Numbered from the stretch's first letter, positions 1 through 9,808 are shown. The stretch is 64,000 nucleotides of DNA from Leptolyngbyaceae cyanobacterium clean351 (GCA_027451865.1 DAIDHW010000001.1:81798-145797), one strand, 5' to 3'. A program made the numbers and translations. The notes: a model not told the origin generated them from the letters alone.

Positions 1-211
1 CCCTAATCCCCGTCGCTTAGTCAGTGACCAAACTTCCATGGCTATTGACCAGGAGGTAAAGGAGATCGTCGAGATGGCCCATCAGCAAGCCCTAAGCATC
101 CTCAAGGCCAACCGTGACCTGCTTGAGACCATCTCCAACCAACTGTTGACCACGGAAGTGGTGGAGGGGGAGTCCCTCGAAAAGCTCCTAGCCCAGGCGG
201 TTAAAGCTTAA
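1..211 (+). CDS. ftsH: ATP-dependent zinc metalloprotease FtsH, C-terminal fragment; the gene starts upstream of the window
   Basis: The frame 1 translation '...MAIDQEVKEIVEMAHQQALSILKANRDLLETISNQLLTTEVVEGESLEKLL' matches the conserved FtsH C-terminal helical region. It ends at a TAA near 209-211. Confidence 0.75.
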   Translation, partial: PNPRRLVSDQTSMAIDQEVKEIVEMAHQQALSILKANRDLLETISNQLLTTEVVEGESLEKLLAQAVKA

Positions 212-284
212 TTTTCCTCCCAATCCGGGTCATACTCTGCTAGTTGTAGAGTCGGACGTAACTAGATTTCTGGCAAGGTTTACC

Positions 285-821
285 ATGGGAATCGAAGAGA
301 TTGTTGCTCAGGCTCTGGAGAATGGCTACTTGACTCCGGCCATGGAGCAGGAAATTGGCAACCTTTGCAACAGCGACACAGAATTGGCCGCCCGAGACTA
401 CATGGCCCTCGACCAACTGATGGCAGCGCTCCTAGACGGGGGGGTCCGGTCCGTACCCCAGAAGCAGTTCATCAACGTCATGGAGGAGCTAGTCCTCACC
501 GAGGCCATCGCCTACCTAGCGAGGTTGTCCCCTGCCGATGGCCGCTTTCTCGACCTCGGGGATGTGGCCGCCTACGCCCTCAACCGCCTGCCTCCCCTCT
601 ACGCCACTACGGAAGAGGGGGCTGCTTACCAACGGGAGCGGGCCCAGCGGGAACTACGCTCCCTAATTGACGAGAAGCTCGAGGAGGCGGTAGCCCGTAG
701 TATCAAGCAGCCAGAATTCTTCCCTGAACGGCAACCCCTAGGTCAGGTCTCGAACACAGATGAAGTCCTACGGCAGATCAGCAGCCTACTGCAGAACTAC
801 GCCCCAGAGTTTGAGGTGTAA
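285..821 (+). CDS. ComFB-domain protein (late-competence ComFB family; cyanobacterial members bind cyclic dinucleotides)
   Basis: ATG start at 285. The core 'NVMEELVLTEAIAYLARL...DLGDVAAYALNRLPPLY' fits the ComFB fold signature, and a Glu/Arg-rich helical tail follows. Confidence 0.55.
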   Translation: MGIEEIVAQALENGYLTPAMEQEIGNLCNSDTELAARDYMALDQLMAALLDGGVRSVPQKQFINVMEELVLTEAIAYLARLSPADGRFLDLGDVAAYALNRLPPLYATTEEGAAYQRERAQRELRSLIDEKLEEAVARSIKQPEFFPERQPLGQVSNTDEVLRQISSLLQNYAPEFEV

Positions 822-832
822 GCCACCAGTCT

Positions 833-2329
833 ATGACTACGTCTCTTCCCTGGCAAAACCTCCAGCAACGACTTCTGGAGATTAACGACCTCCAATCCGC
901 TGCGGCCCTACTCCACTGGGACCAGGCCACCTACATGCCCCCCGGGGGGGCCGCGGCTCGGGGCCGCCAGCTGGCCACCCTCCAGCGCCTGGCCCACGAC
1001 CGGCTCACGGACCCGGCCCTGGGGGATTTGCTTGAGCGGACCTGGGACTGGCCCCAAGGTAGCGATGAGGCGGCCCTAGTGCGCCTAGCCCGGCGCCACT
1101 ACCAGCGGGCCCGACGTCTCCCCAACGCCTTTATTGGCGAGCTGGTCAGTCATCAAGCGCACACCTACGCCGCCTGGGCCCAAGCCCGGGCCGAGGATGA
1201 CTTTGCCCTAGTCCAACCCTACCTAGAAAAAACCCTCCGCCTCAGCCGGGACCTGGCTAGCTTTTTTCCCGAGGCTGAGCATCCCCTAGACGCCCTGATT
1301 GAGGAGGAGGACCCTGGTTATTCCTGCCGGGACCTGAAGGCTTTATTCAGCGAGCTGCGGCAGCACCTAGTGCCCCTGTTAGCGGAGATTACCGCTACTC
1401 CCCCCCCGGATGACGCGTGTCTTACGCAGTACTTCCCCGCCGCCGAGCAGCTGGCTTTCAGTCGTCGTCTGGTCGCGCGCCTGGGCTACGACCTAGAGCG
1501 GGGCCGCCAAGACCAGACCCTCCATCCTTTCATGACTAAGTTTTCCCTCGGGGATGTGCGCATTACCACCCGAGTCCGGGAAGATAACCTCGGGGAAGCC
1601 CTCTTTAGCAGCATCCACGAGATGGGCCATGCCCTTTACGAACAGGGGATCGCTCCTCACCTAGAGGGTACTCCCTTAGCAGAAGGCACCTCCTCCGGGA
1701 TGCACGAGAGTCAGTCACGCTTCTGGGAAAACCTCATTGGCCGCAGTTTACCCTTTTGGGAGTGGTGCTACCCCCAGCTGCAGGCAGTCTTTCCCACCCA
1801 ACTAGGCTCGGTTTCCCTGGAGGAATTCTACCGAGCGGTGAATAAGGTCCGCCGTAGTTTGATCCGCACCGATGCTGATGAGGTTAGTTATAACCTGCAC
1901 GTGATGATCCGCTTCAACCTGGAATTGGCTCTAGTGGAAGGGAGCCTAGAGGTTAAGGACCTGCCGGCGGCCTGGAACCACTACTACCAAACCGACCTAG
2001 GCCTGACCCCCCCTACGGACCGGGAGGGGATTCTCCAGGATGTGCACTGGTATGGAGGCCAGATTGGCGGGATGTTCCAGGGCTACACCCTCGGGAACCT
2101 CATCAGCGCCCAACTCTATGAAGCTCTCCAGGCAGACCAACCAGACCTAGGATCCCGGGTGCGCCGGGGAGAATTTGCCCCCATTTCAACCTGGCTGCGC
2201 ACCCACGTCCATCAGCACGGCGCTAAGTACACACCTCAGGAACTCCTACAGCGGGCCACGGGCAGCCCCCTGCGGGTGGAGCCTTTTGTTAACTATCTGC
2301 GCCGTAAGTATGAGGAGATATATAGCTAG
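833..2329 (+). CDS. Carboxypeptidase Taq-type (M32 family) metallopeptidase
   Basis: The HExxH motif 'HEMGHALYEQG', 'HESQSRFWEN' and 'GYDLERGRQDQTLHPF' are M32 hallmarks, and the length is 498 aa. Confidence 0.9.
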   Translation: MTTSLPWQNLQQRLLEINDLQSAAALLHWDQATYMPPGGAAARGRQLATLQRLAHDRLTDPALGDLLERTWDWPQGSDEAALVRLARRHYQRARRLPNAFIGELVSHQAHTYAAWAQARAEDDFALVQPYLEKTLRLSRDLASFFPEAEHPLDALIEEEDPGYSCRDLKALFSELRQHLVPLLAEITATPPPDDACLTQYFPAAEQLAFSRRLVARLGYDLERGRQDQTLHPFMTKFSLGDVRITTRVREDNLGEALFSSIHEMGHALYEQGIAPHLEGTPLAEGTSSGMHESQSRFWENLIGRSLPFWEWCYPQLQAVFPTQLGSVSLEEFYRAVNKVRRSLIRTDADEVSYNLHVMIRFNLELALVEGSLEVKDLPAAWNHYYQTDLGLTPPTDREGILQDVHWYGGQIGGMFQGYTLGNLISAQLYEALQADQPDLGSRVRRGEFAPISTWLRTHVHQHGAKYTPQELLQRATGSPLRVEPFVNYLRRKYEEIYS

Positions 2330-2351
2330 GGGTAGTTACCAACAACTACCC
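2330..2351 (+). terminator. Stem-loop immediately after the M32 stop, without a U-tract
   Basis: The sequence forms a 7-bp stem 'gggtagt' and 'actaccc' (2330-2336 / 2345-2351) with an 8-nt loop. No T-run follows, so this is only a weak intrinsic-terminator candidate. Confidence 0.25.
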
Positions 2352-2563
2352 TGGACAGATTTACACAGCCAAGACCAAACCGTAGTTGAGCACCGTGGAG
2401 GGTGTCAGACCTAGGGTATGTTCACCTTGATAAGAACAAATGTTACTTAAGTGTCGAGGGAGAATATGGCTTGCGGCCGTGTCGGGACAGAGGGAAGGGA
2501 CTAAACCAGGGTCTATCTTAATCTGCCCACGCTGCTTGGAGCCCTCTTGAGAGCCTGAAACCT

Positions 2564-2982
2564 CTACGAACTCGCAGATTTCCCACTATGGCCGATCACG
2601 ATTGAGTGGAGATGAATCCTAATCCCGGAATTGCTGATGTCATCATTCACCATACTTAGAAATTTCTGACGTTCAGAGATTTCTAATTTAGATGTAACTG
2701 TACTAATAAGTCTAATCGCAGTGTCTCTACGACCCGCATCGTAGGTCCGAGCAGCCATCCGAACCACTTCGGCTAACTTAACAAGCTTGGCACTCATAAA
2801 GGTTTCATCCAGTTGTAACTGACATCAGGAATAGCTAAATCTCCGACTCCAGCCCGACAGGCCATGTTGCCAGTAGACCTCCAGCCTCTTAATACAGGAT
2901 CAGCTAGCAACCAGGCTTGATGGCAACTTTGAGCGACCTGGGATTTAGTATAGCACCCATGAATGCCAGAAATAGCACCCAT
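2564..2982 (-). pseudogene. Frameshifted ORF remnant (62-aa and 77-aa pieces in different frames) inside a low-GC non-coding island
   Basis: Two adjacent minus-strand ORFs (2794..2982 and 2564..2797) abut in different frames. The local GC is clearly below the window average. No family was recognised. Confidence 0.3.
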
Positions 2983-2994
2983 GAATGCCAGAAG
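2947..2994. repeat. Tandem direct duplication of about 22 bp ('atagcacccatgaatgccagaa' x2)
   Basis: The sequence reads 'tatagcacccatgaatgccagaaatagcacccatgaatgccagaagcag' directly. It lies in the 3' flank of the pentapeptide-repeat gene. Confidence 0.8.
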
Positions 2995-3071
2995 CAGAAA
3001 ACTACCCGAAAGACCCCACAGGAGGGCATCTCACCGGGCAATGCCTAGGTGCTTGAGTCGGTAAGACACCC

Positions 3072-4292
3072 CTACTCGTGGTGGTCCGGCACCGCTGAGG
3101 CCGGTTGGGTAAGCTTGTTGGGTATCCCCTCACATCCCCCCGGCACCGTCAGGCGAGTCTTGGGGCCCCCCCAGGCACAACAGTAATACCTCTGCTCCTC
3201 CGATAGGTGCTTGACCCCCGTAAAGTCGGCATTCTCCACTACTGCCCCCGTGTGGGCACCAGTAGTGTAGTCGGGGGCTACAGTGCGGCTGCGGGGACTC
3301 GCCTGCTGGACTGAGCCGTAGAACAGCCGCGCCCGGTCCAGGTCCGCCCCCTGGAGGCGGGCGTTGAACAAGACCGTCCGGGCTAGGTTAGCCTTGACTA
3401 GGTCACAGCCGCCGAGGTTTGCCCCCACTAGGTTAGCGTCACTGATATCCGTCCAGCGCAGGTCCGTATGGGCTAAGTCCGCCCCCGCCAACATTACCCG
3501 CAGGTCAATTACCCGCACCCCCTCCTCACGCTCCTCCATGTAACCACCGGTCCCATCTAGGATTGCCCGGCCCAAACGGCGGTCTCGCTTTAGGGGGGTG
3601 AGCAGACCTGAATGGGAGAGGAAGCGGAGGATCTTCGCTTTGCCCTGGGCGTCTACACTACTGAGAATGGCAGCGGTGCGCCCCTCGGCAATGGCCCGCT
3701 CCTGGGGCCAGTCTTCGAGCAGTCCCTGCTCATCTAAGACTAGGTCAGATATCCCCTGAAAATAGGTGTCGATAGTCTGCTGTTGGGTAATCCGATTTTG
3801 CTGGGTAGTCAAATTAGTCTCAATCACGTACTGTCGCCAAGCCACGTACAAGGCCAGCAGGGCAATCATTAACTGCCCAAAGGCCCCGACAATTCCCTCC
3901 CCAAAGGCCCCCACCGCGTCCCAACTGGGGTGGGTGAACCAGTACACCAGGCGGCTAAAATTACCGGTCAGATACACCAAACCCAAGGCCCCGGCGGCTA
4001 CCCCCACCACCCCCATTACCGGCGCTAGCCTGGGGTCGGTAACCAGGGTCACCAGGGCCCGCCACCCCACCGGCAGCAGCATCGGCAAGGAGGCAGCCAG
4101 GGCTAGGCCGGTACCCCCCAGGGTAACCCAGAAATTCTGCCCCCAGATGCCTAACCCCAAGAGCACTACCCCCACGGTGATTACTACTGAAGCCCGGGAA
4201 ATACTCGGCCGGCGCGGCAGGGCTTCGGGGGAGTTATTGGCCAAGAGCATGGCTAGGGGAGTGGGATTAACCGAAGGGGGGTCAACAGTCAT
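3072..4292 (-). CDS. Pentapeptide-repeat protein with an N-terminal multi-pass membrane domain
   Basis: The C-terminal half has tandem A(D/N)LxG pentapeptides ('ADLAHTDLRWTDISDANLVGANLGGCDLVKANLARTVLFNARLQGADLDRARL'). The N-terminal 160 aa are hydrophobic helices. Confidence 0.85.
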   Translation of the reverse strand: MTVDPPSVNPTPLAMLLANNSPEALPRRPSISRASVVITVGVVLLGLGIWGQNFWVTLGGTGLALAASLPMLLPVGWRALVTLVTDPRLAPVMGVVGVAAGALGLVYLTGNFSRLVYWFTHPSWDAVGAFGEGIVGAFGQLMIALLALYVAWRQYVIETNLTTQQNRITQQQTIDTYFQGISDLVLDEQGLLEDWPQERAIAEGRTAAILSSVDAQGKAKILRFLSHSGLLTPLKRDRRLGRAILDGTGGYMEEREEGVRVIDLRVMLAGADLAHTDLRWTDISDANLVGANLGGCDLVKANLARTVLFNARLQGADLDRARLFYGSVQQASPRSRTVAPDYTTGAHTGAVVENADFTGVKHLSEEQRYYCCAWGGPKTRLTVPGGCEGIPNKLTQPASAVPDHHE

Positions 4293-4297
4293 GGAGC

Positions 4298-5065
4298 TTA
4301 GGCCTTGAAAGTAATTAGTAATAGTCCAAACACTACCGCACCAGTCAAGAACCAGGGGTAGGAAGACTCCTGGTGCTCCTGCAACTGTTCTCTAAAGATA
4401 CCCAAGATAATAAAACCCGCCAAGGTAGCCAGGAGCAGATCTGTGACTAACTTATTGGCCGGGGCCCAGGCCGCCCCCATCCCCCCCACTACCACTGCCC
4501 CAGTCAGGACGTAGCGCCCCCAGCGGCGGTAGGGATGGGGGAACTTCTCCTCGAGGAAGTAGTTGTCACCAAACAGGTGCAAGCCCATGGCCACCAGGTA
4601 GGCAGCACTTTTACCTAATCCCAGTTTCAGCTGCCCCGGGATTGTGTAGACGATCAGCAGATTGTAGAGAGCCAACAGGCCGATGTGCACCGGCACCGTA
4701 AACTCAGCCTCGCTTTGTCCTGGCTGCTGCTCGGCCAGGTACTTGGCTAGGTGCTCCAATCCCAGTACCAGTAACAATCCCCCCAGCATGACTAGGTGAT
4801 TCCAGGGGGCTAACCGGGGGTGGGTTTGGTCTAACTTGGGCAGCAGGTACAAGAACAGGTAAGCCACTGCCACCCCGCCCCCTAGGGAGACGGTGATAGT
4901 TTCTAGCCGCAGGCCGTGGTGGGAGTGCTTGAGGGTATGAATCACGTAACTAGAGAGCAGGTGGACTACCACCAGGGCAACGGTAAACCCCAGGAGTATT
5001 AGGTGCTCTTCCCGGGTAAGGGGGAGGTTATTAGCTGCGGCCGCTAGGGGGGTATTAATGACCAC
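4298..5065 (-). CDS. Integral membrane protein of unknown function
   Basis: The 255-aa product has about 7 predicted TM helices and a GTG start 3 bp after the stop of the upstream exchanger gene. It is co-directional with the transporter cluster. Confidence 0.6.
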   Translation of the reverse strand: MVINTPLAAAANNLPLTREEHLILLGFTVALVVVHLLSSYVIHTLKHSHHGLRLETITVSLGGGVAVAYLFLYLLPKLDQTHPRLAPWNHLVMLGGLLLVLGLEHLAKYLAEQQPGQSEAEFTVPVHIGLLALYNLLIVYTIPGQLKLGLGKSAAYLVAMGLHLFGDNYFLEEKFPHPYRRWGRYVLTGAVVVGGMGAAWAPANKLVTDLLLATLAGFIILGIFREQLQEHQESSYPWFLTGAVVFGLLLITFKA

Positions 5066-5068
5066 AGA

Positions 5069-6145
5069 CTAAACCGGCTGAAAGTAGAAGGCTGCCCCCA
5101 GGATGGAGTAGGTCGCGAGCAGCATCACCCCCTCGAGCCAGTTGGAATTCCCATCCAGGCTAATCAGGTTGGCGATCACCACCGCCACCGCCACCGCTAC
5201 CATGTCAAATAGATTAAAACCCAAGTCCATGGGTTGACCGATCGCTTGACCCACCAGCACCAGCAGGGGGGCCACCAGCAGGGCCACCAGCAGGCTCGAA
5301 CCCATGGCCACGCTCACCGACAGGTCCATGTTGTTCTTCATGGCCACCCCTACCGCGGTCACGTACTCCGCCGCCCCCCCCACTAGGGGCAGCAAAATCA
5401 CCCCGGTGAACAAGGGGCTCAGGCCTAGGCCGCTAGTGGCCTCCTCCACTACCCCTACAAAGATCTCCGACTCGTAGGCGACCCCTACCGTGGCCACCGC
5501 CAACACCCCCAACCACAGCCACAGGTTCGGCTTGTGGGCCGCCACCTCCTCCTCCAGGTCTACTACACTCACCTCGTACAGGTAACTGTGGGTGCGCAGG
5601 GAAAATAGCAGGGTCAGGCCGTAAACCAGGATGAGCACCCCCGCCACAAATACCGACAGCTCCGCCACCCCCAAAGGCTCCGCCGGGCCCGGGGCACTGT
5701 TGAGTACCAGGCTCGGCAGGAGGATCGCGATCACCGCTAGGGTCATTAGAGACCCATTCACCCGGGCGACCATGGGCTGAAAAGTCTGCTCCTTGTAGCG
5801 CAGGCCCCCGCAAAACATCGCCAGACCCATGGCTAAAAGTAGATTACTGATAATGGTGCCGGTAATACTGGCCTTGACGATGTCTATTAAGCCCGCCTGC
5901 AGGGCAGCTAGGGCGATAATTAGCTCCGTGGCATTGCCAAACACCGCGTTTAGCAGGCCCCCCACGGTTGGACCCGTGACCACCGCCACCTCTTCCGTAG
6001 CGGTGCTCAACCAGATAGCCAAGGGGACAATTGCTAGGGCCGAGGTGACAAAAACTGCCAGGGACCCCCAGTGCAAAGCTTCAGCAGCGATTGATATGGG
6101 CACAAACACCAGCAAGGCAATAGACAGAAACCGCTTCACACCCAT
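5069..6145 (-). CDS. Ca2+/H+ (cation/proton) antiporter, CaCA/CAX family
   Basis: The 'GNATELIIALAALQAGLIDIVKASITGTIISNLLL' alpha-1 repeat and a second 'GAAEYVTAV' alpha-2 repeat are present. The product is 358 aa. Confidence 0.9.
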   Translation of the reverse strand: MGVKRFLSIALLVFVPISIAAEALHWGSLAVFVTSALAIVPLAIWLSTATEEVAVVTGPTVGGLLNAVFGNATELIIALAALQAGLIDIVKASITGTIISNLLLAMGLAMFCGGLRYKEQTFQPMVARVNGSLMTLAVIAILLPSLVLNSAPGPAEPLGVAELSVFVAGVLILVYGLTLLFSLRTHSYLYEVSVVDLEEEVAAHKPNLWLWLGVLAVATVGVAYESEIFVGVVEEATSGLGLSPLFTGVILLPLVGGAAEYVTAVGVAMKNNMDLSVSVAMGSSLLVALLVAPLLVLVGQAIGQPMDLGFNLFDMVAVAVAVVIANLISLDGNSNWLEGVMLLATYSILGAAFYFQPV

Positions 6146-6217
6146 AGGGAAAACCTGAACAGAGGTTTAGTTTTCCTGAGTTTAATCGATCTGCCCTGGT
6201 TTGCGGCCCGTCACTAA

Positions 6218-6595
6218 TTAGGCCGGACTAAACAGGCTATAGAGCAAAATCGCCAGCACAAATAGGGTAACGACGATGTAGAGCCGGTCCCGCTGTAACA
6301 GGAAAACCCCCGCCGTCAGGGCTACCCGAGCAATGGGTGTAAGGATCAGCATCACTAAACCAAACTGCAATAACCCCCGGCGGTGCCAGGTGAGGGTGTC
6401 ATGGATGATGCCGGGTAGGGTGGTCAAATGGTGACTTTCGCCCCGAAAAATATGGTAGTCCGGTTGTAAGGACCCGTAGCGGGCGAGGTAGACAATGCCC
6501 CCTAAGGCTACTACCCCCCCAGAAACAATCACCCCCCAGCGCAGCAGGGTACCGACGACCAACTCTGTTTTGTGTTCACTCCATGGGGACCTCAT
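6218..6595 (-). CDS. DUF1634-family small membrane protein
   Basis: The 125-aa, 3-4 TM protein sits directly downstream of a TauE/SafE gene. This pairing is characteristic of DUF1634. Confidence 0.6.
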   Translation of the reverse strand: MRSPWSEHKTELVVGTLLRWGVIVSGGVVALGGIVYLARYGSLQPDYHIFRGESHHLTTLPGIIHDTLTWHRRGLLQFGLVMLILTPIARVALTAGVFLLQRDRLYIVVTLFVLAILLYSLFSPA

Positions 6596-6611
6596 AAACC
6601 TCCTATACCCG

Positions 6612-7448
6612 CTAAATGCGGCCGGTGATGCTGTTGATAATCATTTCCGCCGCTAAGACCCCCACTAATAGCCCAAAGACTAGGCGCAGCCACTTAACCT
6701 TCAGGTGGATGAGTACCCGGGCCCCGAGCAGAGAACCAATGAGCACTCCAAGCATCACTGGCATGGAAAGACCCGGGTGAATGTAACCTTCCTTGAGGTA
6801 AGCCCCCGCCCCCGCCGCCGCGGTGACTCCGATCATAAAGTTGCTGGTGGTGGTGGACACCTTAAAGGGGAGGCGCATCATCTGGTCCATGGCTAGGACC
6901 TTGACTGCCCCTGACCCAATTCCTAGCAGGCTAGAAAGGACTCCAGCCAAGAGCATCAGGCCAAATCCCTCCGGCACGTGCTGAACGTGGTATTTCTGGT
7001 CGCCTTCGGGGGTGGGGAAATCCCCATCCAAACGTAGGCGGACCGCTAGGGGGTCTGGGCCTAGGCCCTCGAGGTGGTCTAGGTGTGGTTGGAAAGATAA
7101 GTAAGCAGAGTACAGAAGTACTATACCAAAGATAATCCCGATCACGTGGGTCGGTAGTTTGCTGCCCAGGTAGGCCCCTAGGATGGCCCCACTAGTGGTA
7201 GCTACCTCGAGAAACATCCCCACCCGAATGTTTGTGTAGCCCTCCCGGACGTAGGCGGCCGCTGCCCCAGAGGAGGTGGCGATCACCGAAACTAGGGAGG
7301 CTCCAATGGCGTAGCGCAGGTCAACCCCGAATAGCAAGGTCAACACCGGCACCAAAACTGAACCCCCTCCGAGACCACTGAGGGCACCCAAAAAACCCGC
7401 CAGCAGGGAGACAACCCCCACTGCCAAGGTAAACTCCAAAATATTCAC
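6612..7448 (-). CDS. TauE/SafE (TSUP) family anion exporter
   Basis: The N-terminus 'LLAGFLGALSGLGGGSVLVPVLTLLFGVDLRYAIGASL' and the duplicated 4-TM halves are typical of TSUP. It has a GTG start. Confidence 0.85.
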   Translation of the reverse strand: MNILEFTLAVGVVSLLAGFLGALSGLGGGSVLVPVLTLLFGVDLRYAIGASLVSVIATSSGAAAAYVREGYTNIRVGMFLEVATTSGAILGAYLGSKLPTHVIGIIFGIVLLYSAYLSFQPHLDHLEGLGPDPLAVRLRLDGDFPTPEGDQKYHVQHVPEGFGLMLLAGVLSSLLGIGSGAVKVLAMDQMMRLPFKVSTTTSNFMIGVTAAAGAGAYLKEGYIHPGLSMPVMLGVLIGSLLGARVLIHLKVKWLRLVFGLLVGVLAAEMIINSITGRI

Positions 7449-7474
7449 TGTTAAGAACTCTTAGTGAACACCAC

Positions 7475-8560
7475 TTAACTTATACCCCAGCGGATTACTC
7501 CTAGGGAAGTAATGCTGATCACGATCCAGAGAATTATGCCCTGGAACATGGGCCGCCAACCCACACTCCGCAGGAGGCGACGCGATAAGCTTGTACCAAT
7601 CAAAAACAAAGTCAAAGTCAGACCGCGAGTAGAGACAGTCTCCAGGAGGGGCTCCCAAGCCACTAAGGCAGGTACCAGAGTCCGGGCTACGGAGGCGAGG
7701 ATAAACAAGCCAATAAACCAGGGGATGATGGCGGAACTCTGGCGGCCTAGGGGGGTGGGCTTGGCTGGGGCAGTCAGCTCCTGGGTGTCTGTAAGGGTCA
7801 GTTCGTGCAAGGATTCTAGGATGATGGCAGCGTCGGAGTTCTGCTGACCTCGGGGGCTGGCCTGGGATCTAAACCAGTGACCTGCTAGAAGAGTAACCGG
7901 GATAATCCACAGAGCCCGGGAGAGTTTCACTGCCGTAGCGGTATGTAAAGCCTGAATCCCGTAGGGAGCGGCGGCCCCGACTACACTTGAGATGTCATGG
8001 ATGGCTACCCCTGCCCAGGTGCCGAACTGGTCCTGGGTCAGGTGCAGGGCGTGGCCTATAGCCGGGAAAGTCAACAAGGCGACGGAATTGAGCAGGAATA
8101 CTGTCCCCATGGCCACGGAGATTTCTCCCTCCGCTGCCCCAATGACGGTGCTAACCGCAGCAATGGCGGAACCCCCGCAGATGGCAGTACCAACGGCAAT
8201 TAAAGCCGAAGCCCGGTCGGAAATCTGCAGCCAACGCCCCAGGACGAAGCCGAGGCCCAAGGTTAAGGTAATACTGCCGACCGCCAGGACCGCCCCTTGA
8301 GCCCCAGCCTCTAGGACCTCCTGGAGGTTCATGCTGAAGCCCAATAACACTACTGCCGCCTGCAAGAGGTACTTAGAGCCGACACGGCTGAACCTGGGGA
8401 AGGGATTTTCCTGGAGCAGAGCCAGGATCGTCCCTAGGACAAGGGCGGCGGCCGGGGTGAACCAGGGGGTGAGACTGAGGGCCGCCAGGGCCAGAAATAA
8501 GATCTGACGTTGGAGGGCCCGCTGGGGCCGGGGGGAGGGGAGTTGAGACCGAGTGACCAT
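7475..8560 (-). CDS. YeiH/UPF0324-family putative sulfate exporter membrane protein
   Basis: The 361-aa polytopic membrane protein has a 'Cons_hypoth698'-like organisation. The family assignment was made by eye and is only moderately certain. Confidence 0.6.
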   Translation of the reverse strand: MVTRSQLPSPRPQRALQRQILFLALAALSLTPWFTPAAALVLGTILALLQENPFPRFSRVGSKYLLQAAVVLLGFSMNLQEVLEAGAQGAVLAVGSITLTLGLGFVLGRWLQISDRASALIAVGTAICGGSAIAAVSTVIGAAEGEISVAMGTVFLLNSVALLTFPAIGHALHLTQDQFGTWAGVAIHDISSVVGAAAPYGIQALHTATAVKLSRALWIIPVTLLAGHWFRSQASPRGQQNSDAAIILESLHELTLTDTQELTAPAKPTPLGRQSSAIIPWFIGLFILASVARTLVPALVAWEPLLETVSTRGLTLTLFLIGTSLSRRLLRSVGWRPMFQGIILWIVISITSLGVIRWGIS

Positions 8561-8693
8561 GGGTGAGGCTTGAAAGCTACACCGTTACTCTAGGATGGGT
8601 ACTACTATAAGAGCAAATATTTTTTTTAGTCTTTTTAATCAATTTTGTTTATCAATACTTCTAAGGGGAGGCTAGTGTAAGCCTAGAAACTAC

Positions 8694-9800
8694 CTAAAAA
8701 TCACCCAGCACTAGGTTGTCTCGGTGTACTACCGTCTCTGCCCCGGGGCGGCCCAAAACCTCTTCAATCTGGTCCGAAGCACGGCCCTGGATGCGCTCGA
8801 TCTCCCAGCTGCTGTAGTTAACTAACCCCCGGGCAATCACCTCGCCCCCAGGGCCACACAGCTGGACCGCTTCCTGACTTTGAAATTCTCCCTTCACCCC
8901 AATGATCCCCGCCGCCAAGAGAGACTTGCCGCGCTCCCGCAGGGCCACCACCGCTCCATCATCCAGGTACAGTTTACCCTCAGGCACTAGACCATGGGCA
9001 ATCCAGTACTGGCGGGCGTTTTTCGGGCGGGGTTGGGGGAGAAACTGGGTCCCCACCGGCTCCCCAGCCAGGGCCTTGTCAATGTTTTGGGGATAGCGCC
9101 CCTCGGTGATTACCGTGCGTACCCCCGCCCCGGTAGCCATCTGGGCCGCAGTGATCTTAGTGGCCATGCCCCCAGTCCCCCAAGCAGAGCCGGCCCCCCC
9201 GGTTTGTACCTGCAGGTCGGCGATCTCGGTAACTAAGGTGATGGGCTGGGCGTCTTGGTCGCGGCGGGGGTCAGCGGAGTAGAGCCGGTCTACATCGGTC
9301 AACAAAAACAGCCAATCTGCCTGCACTAGTCCTGCCACCAGGGCCGACAGGGTGTCGTTGTCGCCAAACTTGAGCTCTTCTACAGCCACCGTGTCGTTCT
9401 CATTGACCACCGGTACTACCCCTAGGCGCAGCAGTTCCCTGAGGGTGCGGTGAACGTTCAGGTAGCGGTGCCGCTCGATTAGGTCAATGCGGCTCAGGAG
9501 GACTTGGGCAATGGGCTGGTCTAGGGCAGAAAACAGGTCATCGTAGACCCGGATCAGGCGCCCTTGCCCCACCGCCGCCACCGCCTGCTTGAGGGCTAAT
9601 ACCCGCGGCCGCTCCTTTAATCCCAAACGAGTACAACCTACTCCCACGGCCCCGGAGGAAACCAAGACCACCTGGTGTCCCGCCCGGCGGAGGCGGCAGA
9701 CCGTTTCCACCAGGGTGGCAATAGTGGCTAGAGCCAGGGAGCCTGTTTGTGGCTGGGTGAGGCTGGAGGTGCCAATTTTGATCACCAGGGTCTGGGCCAT
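8694..9800 (-). CDS. proB: Glutamate 5-kinase with a C-terminal PUA domain
   Basis: The N-terminus '[12 protein letters not shown]' and '[26 protein letters not shown]' match ProB, and a PUA domain is at the C-terminus. The product is 368 aa. Confidence 0.92.
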   Translation of the reverse strand: MAQTLVIKIGTSSLTQPQTGSLALATIATLVETVCRLRRAGHQVVLVSSGAVGVGCTRLGLKERPRVLALKQAVAAVGQGRLIRVYDDLFSALDQPIAQVLLSRIDLIERHRYLNVHRTLRELLRLGVVPVVNENDTVAVEELKFGDNDTLSALVAGLVQADWLFLLTDVDRLYSADPRRDQDAQPITLVTEIADLQVQTGGAGSAWGTGGMATKITAAQMATGAGVRTVITEGRYPQNIDKALAGEPVGTQFLPQPRPKNARQYWIAHGLVPEGKLYLDDGAVVALRERGKSLLAAGIIGVKGEFQSQEAVQLCGPGGEVIARGLVNYSSWEIERIQGRASDQIEEVLGRPGAETVVHRDNLVLGDF

Positions 9801-9808
9801 GGCCTGGG

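Noticed and set aside
365-670. A 101-aa ORF in an alternative frame inside the ComFB-like gene, and many similar GC-rich shadow ORFs (for example 5433..5813, 3766..4308, 20545..20868, 55196..55597, 60150..60668)
   Set aside because: Their composition is Arg/Pro/Gly-rich and typical of out-of-frame translation in high-GC DNA. All are fully embedded in, or antisense to, strongly supported genes.
2400-3070. Possibility that the low-GC island encodes tmRNA (smpB is in the window), RNase P RNA or SRP RNA
   Set aside because: There is no 'GGUUCGAnUCC' T-arm with a tRNA-like acceptor, no 'AGGAAAGUCCGG' P4 motif and no SRP domain IV 'GGAAGGAAGCAGC' motif in the region.
8561-8693. AT-rich spacer with a T8 run and a short palindrome between proB and the YeiH-like gene, as a rho-independent terminator
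   Set aside because: On the transcribed (minus) strand the run reads as A-rich rather than U-rich downstream of the hairpin. It is more likely a promoter or UP-element region for the transporter operon.
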